Below are positions 37,741 to 46,182 of a stretch of DNA of 61,510 bases, piece after piece; position 1 is the first letter of the stretch; the number at the start of each line of letters is the position of its first letter. Below the pieces are notes generated by a model. That model saw nothing but the letters and a program-made list of their open reading frames with translations, was not told the origin of the DNA and searched no databases. Location of the stretch: contig CAIWVZ010000064.1 in assembly GCA_903916245.1 (NCBI GenBank), positions 1-61,510 of the forward strand, written 5' to 3'. Source of the DNA: an uncultured Planctomycetota bacterium. Lineage in GTDB: Bacteria > Planctomycetota > GCA-002687715 > CAIWVZ01. Both the position numbers and the translations under genes were made by a program.

Positions 37741-39444
37741 ATGAAGTTCTTCGCCTCCGCTGCGTGTGCAGCTTTGGTTTCGTGCCTCGCCTTCGCTCAA
37801 GGCGCGGCGTGTGGTTCCACTCTTCTCATGTCGGAAGCCGGCAACGGCGGCCAAAACGGCGTGTCGTTCGATGTCTACAACAAGACGCTCGATCCCGTCG
37901 TCTTGTGCGGACTCGACGTCAGCCTCGATCCGGGTGTCCACACCGTCCAAGTGTGGCAGGTGACGAACGGAACGTCGGCGATCACCGAGGTGGGTAATCC
38001 GTCGCACTGGTCGCTCATCGCGTCCTCCACGGTCACGTCCCTCGGTACGTCGACGACGGGCGTCAGCACCGTCTTCACGCCGTTCCCGGCGATGAACGTG
38101 TTGCTGCAGCCCGGTACGACCGCCGGCTTCATGGTGAGCACGGCGTCGGGGCAGGCCATCAACTACTCCACCGGCAATGCGACGACGTCACCCGTCGGCG
38201 CCACGTTCGCGCAGGATGCGAATATCGAACTCCGCGTCGGTCACGGACGTGGATTCTCCGCGGCGTTGAACGGCCCGTTCGGATCGATCTTCGGTTCCGC
38301 CAACGGCGGCCGCATCGCGAACGTGCGCGTCGGCTATTACACGACCGCCGGGATGCCTCGTTGGCAGGTGAACACCGCGGGTTCGACGCTGACGGGTAAC
38401 GGTCAGTCGACGCCGTCGGCCTACGGCACGACCTACGGTCTTGCGAAGACCTGCGTCAACCAGACGATCACCGTCGGGCTCGACTCGGTCGGCCAAGGCC
38501 TGCCGTGGGAACTCGCGTCGACGATGTCGCCTCCGGTTCCGCTCGGTCAGGGCGCGATGGCCTCCGCGGGAGGAGAGGTGCTGAACCTCAACGTGTTCGA
38601 TCCGACCTTGAGCTTCATGCTCGGTCTCTCTTTCGCGATTCCTTTCGCGGCGAACACGTCGTACTTCTCGATCCCCGTCCCACTCGGCATGACGTTCCAG
38701 ATGGTGAACGCGAATCCCGCCGCACCGGATGGCTTCTCCTTGTCCTCCGCGGTGCGTCTCGAAATCGAAGCGTCGCCGTCGTTCGCCTCGTGGAACGGCG
38801 CCGCGATCGGTGACGACGACGTGAAGGTGTTGACCGCCAACATCCCCATGGGCCCGGGTTCGTGTGCCACGCCGATGCCTGCCGTGCCGTTCTACGGCGC
38901 GTCGAAAACCCAACTTTGGGTCGCCAGCAACGGTCGCGTCCTCTTCGACGGAGGCTCGGGTTACATGCTGAGCAGCCCGCTCGAAGCCTTTGCGCAGACG
39001 TTCGCACCGATGGTCGGCTTCTGGACCGACTTCGACGCCACGACCAACCCGACGTCGCAGTTGAAGGTCGACTGGTCGGTCCCGAACCTCGTGACCGTTT
39101 CGTATACGAACATGCCGTATCACGGGGTGGCGTTGCTCCGCGCGTCCGGGTCGATCACCTTCGACACGGTGACGGGTGCGATCACGCTCGCCGGAATGGG
39201 ATCGTTCCCGTTGTTCCCGCTGTCGGAAGTCACGAGCAATTGGACGTTCCTCGGTATCTCGCGAGGCAACGGCGTCGCGACCGACCCGTTCATGGCCAAC
39301 TTCGTTCCGGGCGCGACCGGAACCGCGGCATCCCCGACGGACATGCTCTACATGATCGGACCGACGGGGACGTTCGCCCAGGGCGTCCAGTCGTTGACGT
39401 TCACACCGTCGGCCAACGGCGGCTACAGCTACGCGGCGTTCTGA
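37741..39444 (+). CDS. large secreted protein with C-terminal NIDO-like domain
   Basis: ATG 37741 gives MKFFASAACAALVSCLAFAQG. C-terminal VPFYGASKTQLWVASNGRVLFDGG...FAPMVGFWTDFD...VTVSYTNMPY resembles the nidogen (NIDO) domain pattern. Confidence 0.55.
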   Translation: MKFFASAACAALVSCLAFAQGAACGSTLLMSEAGNGGQNGVSFDVYNKTLDPVVLCGLDVSLDPGVHTVQVWQVTNGTSAITEVGNPSHWSLIASSTVTSLGTSTTGVSTVFTPFPAMNVLLQPGTTAGFMVSTASGQAINYSTGNATTSPVGATFAQDANIELRVGHGRGFSAALNGPFGSIFGSANGGRIANVRVGYYTTAGMPRWQVNTAGSTLTGNGQSTPSAYGTTYGLAKTCVNQTITVGLDSVGQGLPWELASTMSPPVPLGQGAMASAGGEVLNLNVFDPTLSFMLGLSFAIPFAANTSYFSIPVPLGMTFQMVNANPAAPDGFSLSSAVRLEIEASPSFASWNGAAIGDDDVKVLTANIPMGPGSCATPMPAVPFYGASKTQLWVASNGRVLFDGGSGYMLSSPLEAFAQTFAPMVGFWTDFDATTNPTSQLKVDWSVPNLVTVSYTNMPYHGVALLRASGSITFDTVTGAITLAGMGSFPLFPLSEVTSNWTFLGISRGNGVATDPFMANFVPGATGTAASPTDMLYMIGPTGTFAQGVQSLTFTPSANGGYSYAAF

Positions 39445-39755
39445 TTTTCGGTCTCGATCGACTCCTGTTTTCGGCCCATTTCGCGCATGCGCGGAGTGGG
39501 CCGAAGTCGTTCTCGGAGAGGAGGTTCCTTTAGGGACGAAAACCCCTCTTTGGAAAAACTTTTTCTTTGGACAACTTCAAAGTTACGGGCCATTCTTCTA
39601 GCGCAAACGTCTCCGTTCGTACTTCTTTTCGCCCGTGCGGCGAGGGAGCGTTCGGTCCGCACGACGGCGCGTCGTCGCGACACCAACGGCCCGGGAATGT
39701 TCCCGGGATCACGAAACCAGACGGTCTCCGGCAGTTCCAAGGAGTTCGCTACGTC

Positions 39756-41411
39756 ATGACTCGAGTTAACCCCCGCTCCAAGATTTCGCGCCGCGCGTTG
39801 CTCAAGGGCAGCGCTCTCGCGACCGGCGCCTTCTTCGTCGGCGGTCGTGTCTCCCGCGCGATGCAGGTCGGCGTTCCCGCCAGCCCGCCTACGACCCCGT
39901 GGCTGTGGCCTCTCGCCTTCTCTCCCCACGCCGTGCCGCTTCCGCCGGGCGTTCTTCCGAATCCGCTTCCGATTCCCGAGAACCACCAACGTTGGGACGA
40001 GTTCGAACCGGTCAAGTACTACGACATGCCGATCGGCGAAGGACTCCACTTCGCGCATCCGCAGCTGCCCGGCTCTCTCGCGTCCTGCTACAATAACATG
40101 CTCCCGGGCCCGACCTTCGTCGCGCGTTACGGCGAGCCGATGTTCGTGCGTTGGCGGAATCAACTCCCGGCCGTGATTCAGGGCTTCGGCAATTGCGACG
40201 TCATCACCCACGTCCACAACGGCCACCACGCGTCGGAATCGGACGGGTTCCCGGCCGACATGTACGGTCCCGGGTTCTTCAAGGACCACCACTACCCGAA
40301 CATCTACGCGGGTGGTGATCCGGCCGAAGCGAAGAGCACCCTTTGGTACCACGACCACCGTCTCGACTACACCGCGCAAAACACCGTGCGCGGCTTGGCC
40401 GGGTTCTACATCCTCTTCGATCAGCACGACAGCGGTGACGAAAACGATCCGAATCCGGATGCGTTCCGACTTCCCTCGGGCATTCCGAACGGCAACGACG
40501 TCGCGAACAAGTTCGACATCCCGCTGGTGCTGACCGACCGCAGCTATACGCCCGCGGGAAATCTGACGATCGACCCGATGAACATGGACGGCCTTCTCGG
40601 CGACAAGTTCCTCGTGAACGGTCGAATCCAGCCGTACTTCAACGTGCAGCGTCGCAAGTATCGCTTCCGCATCCTCGACGGCGGTCCCTCGCGCTTCTAC
40701 GACCTCTGGTTCTCGAACGGCATGAACTTCCAGGTCATCGGAAACGACGGCAATCTCCTGCCGGCCCCGATCACGCAGAACCACCACGTGTTGTCCGTGG
40801 CGGAACGCGTCGACATCATCGTCGATTTCAGCCAGCTGCCCGCGAACGTGACGGAGCTCTACCTCGTCAACCGTCAGGAGCAGACCGATGGTCGTGGCCC
40901 GTCCGGGGTGACGCTCCCGATGTCGCAGGCGAACCAACTGCTGAAGTTCAACATCATGCCGGCGCCGACGCCGGTGCCGGATCCGAGCCGAGTGCCCGCG
41001 GTCCTCAAGCCGATGCCGGCCATGAACCTCCCGGTCGCGCGTCGTCGTACGTGGGTGTTCGGTCGCCAAAACGGCATGTGGACGGTGAACAACCTGCTCT
41101 TCGATCCTTCGCGCTGCGACGCGTACGTGAAGCAGAACACCGCGGAGGTGTGGACTCTGAAGAACGGTGGCGGCGGTTGGGCGCACCCCATCCACATCCA
41201 CCTCGAGGAATACCACCTGCTCGAGCGCAACAAGCGCCCCGTGGTCAGCGGCTCCGAGCGCGCCCGCAAGGACGTGTTCCGGCTCGGTGCGGGCGAAGAA
41301 GTCAAGATCTACTGCAAGTTCCGCGACTTCCTCGGCCGTTACCCGATGCACTGCCACAACACGCTTCATGAAGACCACGCCATGATGGTCCGGTTCGACA
41401 TCATCCCCTGA
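39756..41411 (+). CDS. Tat-exported multicopper oxidase (CotA/bilirubin-oxidase-like), paralog 1
   Basis: ATG 39756 (AAGGAG 12 nt upstream). Tat signal SRRALLKGSALATGAFF. Cu sites HVHNGHHASESDG, WYHDHRLDYTAQN, HPIHIHLEEYH, HCHNTLHEDHAMM. Confidence 0.9.
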   Translation: MTRVNPRSKISRRALLKGSALATGAFFVGGRVSRAMQVGVPASPPTTPWLWPLAFSPHAVPLPPGVLPNPLPIPENHQRWDEFEPVKYYDMPIGEGLHFAHPQLPGSLASCYNNMLPGPTFVARYGEPMFVRWRNQLPAVIQGFGNCDVITHVHNGHHASESDGFPADMYGPGFFKDHHYPNIYAGGDPAEAKSTLWYHDHRLDYTAQNTVRGLAGFYILFDQHDSGDENDPNPDAFRLPSGIPNGNDVANKFDIPLVLTDRSYTPAGNLTIDPMNMDGLLGDKFLVNGRIQPYFNVQRRKYRFRILDGGPSRFYDLWFSNGMNFQVIGNDGNLLPAPITQNHHVLSVAERVDIIVDFSQLPANVTELYLVNRQEQTDGRGPSGVTLPMSQANQLLKFNIMPAPTPVPDPSRVPAVLKPMPAMNLPVARRRTWVFGRQNGMWTVNNLLFDPSRCDAYVKQNTAEVWTLKNGGGGWAHPIHIHLEEYHLLERNKRPVVSGSERARKDVFRLGAGEEVKIYCKFRDFLGRYPMHCHNTLHEDHAMMVRFDIIP

Positions 41412-41422
41412 TCCGGAACATC

Positions 41423-42136
41423 ATGACGACACCCAACACCATGAACCGCCGCACACTGCTCGGCGCCCTCGGTTCGCTGAGTCTTCCGTTCGGTCTCGTA
41501 CTCCTCGGCGGGTGCGATTCCGGCGCGAAGACCGCGGCGGCGGCGGACACCGCGGTGAGCAAAGGCGCGGGAATCCCGATCCCGCGCCGCGAGTTCCCGA
41601 ACCACGAGATCCTCGACCACAACGGACGCAAGGTTCGTTTCCACGACGATCTGATCGAGGGCAAGGTCTTCGCGGCGACGTTCTTTTACGTGAAGTGCAA
41701 GGGCATCTGCGGCGACATGAGCGGCAACATGAAGAAAGCCCACGAAATCCTGGGCGACTTCATGGGCGACAAGGTGCAGTTCTACTCGTTCTCGCTGAAC
41801 GAAGACACACCCGAAGAGCTCCGCGGCTACATGGCGCGCCAAGGCATCGTGGACAAGAAGGGCTGGACCTTCTTCACCGGCGCCAAGGAAGTGATCAAGG
41901 ACATCCGGTGGGGATTCGGTTTCTCGAATCCTTCGTCGGAAGAGGACGACGATCTCTCCGCGCACACGGGCATGGTCCGCTTCGGCCATCATCCGATGGA
42001 CAAGTGGAGTTCCTGCCCGGCCCTCGGTTCGCCGAAGGGAATCGCACGCAACGTGATTTGGCTCTTCCCGCCGAACGAACGTCCGAGGATTCCGCTCCTC
42101 GACTTCGACGGCGCGAGCGGCGCGCGTCCTTCTTGA
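41423..42136 (+). CDS. SCO1/SenC-family copper chaperone (thioredoxin fold), lipoprotein
   Basis: Lipobox LVLLGGC. CxxxC FFYVKCKGICGDM and downstream His (SAHTGMVRF). ATG 41441 is an alternative start. Confidence 0.8.
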   Translation: MTTPNTMNRRTLLGALGSLSLPFGLVLLGGCDSGAKTAAAADTAVSKGAGIPIPRREFPNHEILDHNGRKVRFHDDLIEGKVFAATFFYVKCKGICGDMSGNMKKAHEILGDFMGDKVQFYSFSLNEDTPEELRGYMARQGIVDKKGWTFFTGAKEVIKDIRWGFGFSNPSSEEDDDLSAHTGMVRFGHHPMDKWSSCPALGSPKGIARNVIWLFPPNERPRIPLLDFDGASGARPS

Positions 42137-42161
42137 AGGCGCCTCTTCACGCAGGATTCAT

Positions 42162-42200
42162 GCGGCCCGTTCCCGATTGGGGACGGGCCGCGCTTCTTTT
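42162..42200 (+). terminator. rho-independent terminator after SCO1
   Basis: GCGGCCCGTTCCC-GATT-GGGGACGGGCCGC followed by GCTTCTTTT. Confidence 0.7.
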
Positions 42201-42288
42201 CAATCACTCCGGGAGGTATCCTTTTCCCGCGCGATTGTTTGAGAGATCACGAGCGCGTTCCTCCCGAACAACCTGAAAGTAGTCAACT

Positions 42289-43941
42289 ATGGCAAGGAAG
42301 CACTCCGTCCGTGTGTCCCGTCGTGAATTCCTCGCGGGAACGGCATTGGCCACGGGGGCGTTCTTTCTAAACGGCCGCTCGACCCGGGTAGGGGTTTCCG
42401 GTCCTCCGCCGAGTCCGCCGACGACCCCGTTCGTGAATCAACTCGCTTTCGCTCCGTGGGCGACGCCCCTCGCGCCGGGTGTTTCGCTCAACCCGTTGCC
42501 GATACCGGAGAACCATCAGCGTTGGGACGAGTACGCGCCGGTGAAGTACTACGATCTTCCGATCGCCGCGGTGTTGAATCAGCCGCACCCGCAACTGCCC
42601 GCCTCGTTGCTGTTCGGGTACGGCGGATCCGTTCCGGGCCCCACGTTCATGATGCGCTACGACGAGCCCGTGCTCGTGAGATGGCGGAATCAGTTGCCCG
42701 CTCAGGTCACCGGGTTCGGCAGTTCCGATGTGATCACCCATATCCACAACGGGCACAACGCGTCCGAGTCCGACGGATTCCCCACGGATTTCTACGGACC
42801 CGGCTACTTCAAGGACCACCACTACACGAACCACGCCGCCGGAGACGACCCTCTCGAACGCAAGGGAACGCTCTGGTATCACGACCATCGCTTGGAGTAC
42901 ACCGCGCAGAATACCTACAGGGGTTTGGCCGGTTGGTTCCTGCTCTTCCACGATCTCGACAGCGGAAACGAGAACGACCCCAACCCCGACGCGTTCCGAC
43001 TTCCGTCCGGTGTGCCCAACGGTGGATACGGTGCGGGCTGCTACGACATCCCCTTGGCGTTGACCGACCGCCAATATGACCAAAACGGTTACTTGTTCAT
43101 GGACGTCATGGAGATGGGCGGGCATCTCGGCGACAAGGCTCTCGTAAACGGCCAGATTCAGCCGTACATGAACGTCGAACGTCGCAAGTATCGGTTCCGC
43201 ATGCTTTGCGGAGGACCGTCTCGTTACCTCGACATGTGGTTCTCGAACGAGATGCCGTTCCTTTTCATCGCGAACGACGGCAATCTTCTTCCGGCGCCCA
43301 TCGTTCGGAATCACGTCTACCTGTCCATCGGCGAACGCGCGGACATCGTCGTTGACTTCAGTCAGCTGCCCGCGAACGTCTCGGAAATCTACCTGGTCAA
43401 TCGTCTCGAGCAGACGGATGGCCGCAAGCCCGAAGAGGGCGTCCTCCCGATCGCCCAGAGCACGAAGTTCCTGAAACTGAACATTCTTCCGGCGGCGACA
43501 CCCGTTCCGGATCCGAGTCGCGTTCCGACGACCTTGATGCCATTGCCCGCCCTGAATCTTCCCGTCGCGCGTCGACGCACGTGGGTCTTCAATCGCACCA
43601 ACGGCATGTGGGCCGTCAACGGAAACCTCTTCGATCCGAATCGTTCGGATGCCACCGTGCGGCAGAACACGGCGGAAGTGTGGACGTTGAAGAACGGGGG
43701 CGGCGGTTGGGCCCACCCGATCCATATCCACCTCGAGGAATACCACCTGCTCGAACGCAACCGTCGGCCGGTGACGAGCGGTGTCGAGCGTTCGCGCAAA
43801 GACGTCTTCGATCTCGCGCCCGGGGACGAGGTGAAGATCTACATGAAGTTCCGTGACTTCCTCGGTCGCTACCCCATGCACTGCCACAACACCATCCACG
43901 AAGACCACGCGATGATGGTGCGATTCGACATCGTTCCTTGA
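42289..43941 (+). CDS. Tat-exported multicopper oxidase, paralog 2
   Basis: Tat signal SRREFLAGTALATGAFF. HIHNGHNASESDG, WYHDHRLEYTAQN, HPIHIHLEEYH, HCHNTIHEDHAMM. Long identical stretches with paralog 1. Confidence 0.9.
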   Translation: MARKHSVRVSRREFLAGTALATGAFFLNGRSTRVGVSGPPPSPPTTPFVNQLAFAPWATPLAPGVSLNPLPIPENHQRWDEYAPVKYYDLPIAAVLNQPHPQLPASLLFGYGGSVPGPTFMMRYDEPVLVRWRNQLPAQVTGFGSSDVITHIHNGHNASESDGFPTDFYGPGYFKDHHYTNHAAGDDPLERKGTLWYHDHRLEYTAQNTYRGLAGWFLLFHDLDSGNENDPNPDAFRLPSGVPNGGYGAGCYDIPLALTDRQYDQNGYLFMDVMEMGGHLGDKALVNGQIQPYMNVERRKYRFRMLCGGPSRYLDMWFSNEMPFLFIANDGNLLPAPIVRNHVYLSIGERADIVVDFSQLPANVSEIYLVNRLEQTDGRKPEEGVLPIAQSTKFLKLNILPAATPVPDPSRVPTTLMPLPALNLPVARRRTWVFNRTNGMWAVNGNLFDPNRSDATVRQNTAEVWTLKNGGGGWAHPIHIHLEEYHLLERNRRPVTSGVERSRKDVFDLAPGDEVKIYMKFRDFLGRYPMHCHNTIHEDHAMMVRFDIVP

Positions 43942-44270
43942 ACGATCCGTTCCCGACTCCGCCGATCTGGCGGCGTCGGGAGTATGGGTTGCGAAACGAC
44001 TTTTTCAGCAAAAAGCCGTGCTCCGATCTTCGCATAATTCACGCCGATGCGTGTGGCGCAAAAGCCCGTCGACGAGACACTTGAGACGCTTTTTCATCGT
44101 CTTCATCGCGGCGGATGAACTTTTTTAAAAAGTCATCTTTGAATCCGAACGTGGGGTAACCTTCTCGGCGTCTCGCCTTTTGAGCCCGATGACTTTCGGC
44201 TTCAAAGGCGAGGGCGTGCTCTCGCCGACGGTGGCGCGAGCTTTCCGGCCCCCCCCTCGGAAAAAACGCC

Positions 44271-45977
44271 GTGAAGTCCACATCGAAATCTCTCGTCGCC
44301 GCCGCGGCTCTGACCCTCGGGTTGTTCGCGCAGCAGCAGTCGCCTTTCCTTCCTCCCGTTCCCGTTCCCCCGGAAAACCCCATCACCCCCGCGAAGACCG
44401 TGCTCGGCAAAATCCTCTTTTGGGACGAGCAGTTGTCGAGCGACAATACGGTCGCCTGCGGAACCTGTCATATTCCGGCTGCGGGCGGAGGAGATCCTCG
44501 GTCGTTCTCGCAATTGAACCTGCATCCCGGTTCGGACGGAACCTTCGGCACCGGTGACGACGTTCGCGGTTCTCGCGGCGTCGTCCACTGCGACACGAAC
44601 AAGTCCTTCACCCCGGACGCCCACTTCTTCCCGAACCCGCAGGTCACGGGTCGCAAGTCGCCGTCTTTCATCGGCGTTCAGTGGCATCCGCAGTTGTTCT
44701 GGGATGGTCGTGCCGGTGGCACCTTCATCGATCCCGAGCGTCAAACCGTGGTGATCCCGCAAGGGGCCGCCATGGAGACTCAGGCGGCGGGGCCCATCAC
44801 GTCTTCGGTCGAAATGGCGTGTTCGACGCGCAGCCACGGTGAAGTGAACCAGAAGCTCGAAGTGTCGAAGCCCCTCAACCTCGCGCGCAACATCCCTGCC
44901 GACATGGCCGCCGCCATCGCCGCGAACCCGACCTATCCCGCGCTCTTCACCGCCGCATTCGGCACCCCGGAGATTACCGCGGCCCGTATCGCGATGGCCA
45001 TCGCCACCTACGAACGGACTTTGGTGCCGGATCAGTCGCCGTTCGACAATTACGTCCGCGGGAATCAAGTGGCGATGACGCCGCAGCAGATCGCCGGTAT
45101 GAACCTCTTCACCGGTCCCGCGAACTGCGCCCACTGCCACACGATGCCGTTCTTCTCGAACGCGTTCGTGCCGCCGGGCACCGTATTCGATCCGGCCGAT
45201 GCGGAGGGCTTCGAGAATATCGGCGTGCGTCCTCCGGGTGAAGATCCGGGGCGCGGCGGCGCTTCGGGGCTCGCGGACGAGTTGAATGCGTTCAAGACTC
45301 CGACGTTGCGCAACGTCGCGCTTCGTGCTCCGTTCTTCCACAACGGCGGCAAAGCCACGCTCATGGAAGCGGTCGAGTTCTATATGGCCGGCGGTGACTT
45401 CCCGAACCAACCCAACATCGATGCCCACATGACGCCGTTCTCGTTGACGGAAACGGAGAAGCAGGCGCTCGTGGCGTTCATGGAAGGGCTGACCGACCCG
45501 CGCGTCGCAAACGAGCAGTATCCGTTCGACCGTCCGACGTTGGCGTCGGAATACCTCACGAACGGTAATTGCTTCGGTACCGCGAAGGCCGGTAGCGGTG
45601 GCATCGTTCCGATGCACATGACCGTCTCGCCGCCGGTGCTCGGCAACGAGGACTACCGTCTCGGAATGTCCGGCGGTATCGGCGGCGGCTTCGCCTACCT
45701 GATTCTCTCCGGCAGCCGCGCGACCGCAGGCACCTGGATCGATTCGGTTCCGATGAACGTCAACTTGGCGGACTCCTTCCTTCAGGTGCTTCCGATGCCG
45801 CTCGGCGGTGCGCCGGGAATTGCGGGTGCCGGATTCGGCTCCATCGGAATCCCGATGCCGCGCTTCCCGTTCCTCGCCGGAGCTACGGCCCGTTCGCAGT
45901 GGATCGTCGTCGACCCGGGTGCGATCGGTGGCATCTCCTCCACCGACGGACTTGAAGTGACGATGGTTCTGAACTGA
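44271..45977 (+). CDS. dihaem cytochrome c peroxidase / MauG-family protein with about 150-aa C-terminal extension
   Basis: GTG start, signal peptide LVAAAALTLGLFAQQ. Haem motifs CGTCH and CAHCH, FKTPTLRNV, FHNGG. The last ~105 aa form the beta-rich module shared with other secreted proteins here. Confidence 0.85.
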   Translation: MKSTSKSLVAAAALTLGLFAQQQSPFLPPVPVPPENPITPAKTVLGKILFWDEQLSSDNTVACGTCHIPAAGGGDPRSFSQLNLHPGSDGTFGTGDDVRGSRGVVHCDTNKSFTPDAHFFPNPQVTGRKSPSFIGVQWHPQLFWDGRAGGTFIDPERQTVVIPQGAAMETQAAGPITSSVEMACSTRSHGEVNQKLEVSKPLNLARNIPADMAAAIAANPTYPALFTAAFGTPEITAARIAMAIATYERTLVPDQSPFDNYVRGNQVAMTPQQIAGMNLFTGPANCAHCHTMPFFSNAFVPPGTVFDPADAEGFENIGVRPPGEDPGRGGASGLADELNAFKTPTLRNVALRAPFFHNGGKATLMEAVEFYMAGGDFPNQPNIDAHMTPFSLTETEKQALVAFMEGLTDPRVANEQYPFDRPTLASEYLTNGNCFGTAKAGSGGIVPMHMTVSPPVLGNEDYRLGMSGGIGGGFAYLILSGSRATAGTWIDSVPMNVNLADSFLQVLPMPLGGAPGIAGAGFGSIGIPMPRFPFLAGATARSQWIVVDPGAIGGISSTDGLEVTMVLN

Positions 45978-46000
45978 CCGTCCGAAAGACGTCTCGCCCC

Positions 46001-46039
46001 GAGCCCCGCGGCCCCAACGCCGCGGGGCTCTTTCTTTTT
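46001..46039 (+). terminator. rho-independent terminator of the peroxidase gene
   Basis: GAGCCCCGCGG-CCCCAAC-(G)CCGCGGGGCTC followed by TTTCTTTTT. Confidence 0.8.
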
Positions 46040-46182
46040 GACCGGCTGAAGCGTGCGGCGGCACGTTTCGCCGAGGCGCGGCGACGGGCGACCGCTTCTT
46101 CGTTCGTTGCAGAGGATGCATCGGCGCCTCGACGCCCATCGACACGCTTGCAAGTGCTCCGGATGGAGTGCTCGTCGTTCCG

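Noticed and set aside
39567-39574. TTGGACAA upstream of MCO1, the exact reverse complement of the CarH-spacer half-site TTGTCCAA (35495-35502), suggesting light/B12 control of the copper island
   Set aside because: A single 8-mer match is roughly what chance predicts over both strands of 61 kb at this composition, by my rough estimate of about 0.5 occurrences. No second half-site at the right spacing is present.
44039-44446. 135-aa minus-strand ORF in the MCO2-peroxidase spacer
   Set aside because: It overlaps the peroxidase 5' end antisense, runs through the AT-rich palindromes, and has no signal sequence, motif or RBS. It is more likely non-coding regulatory DNA.
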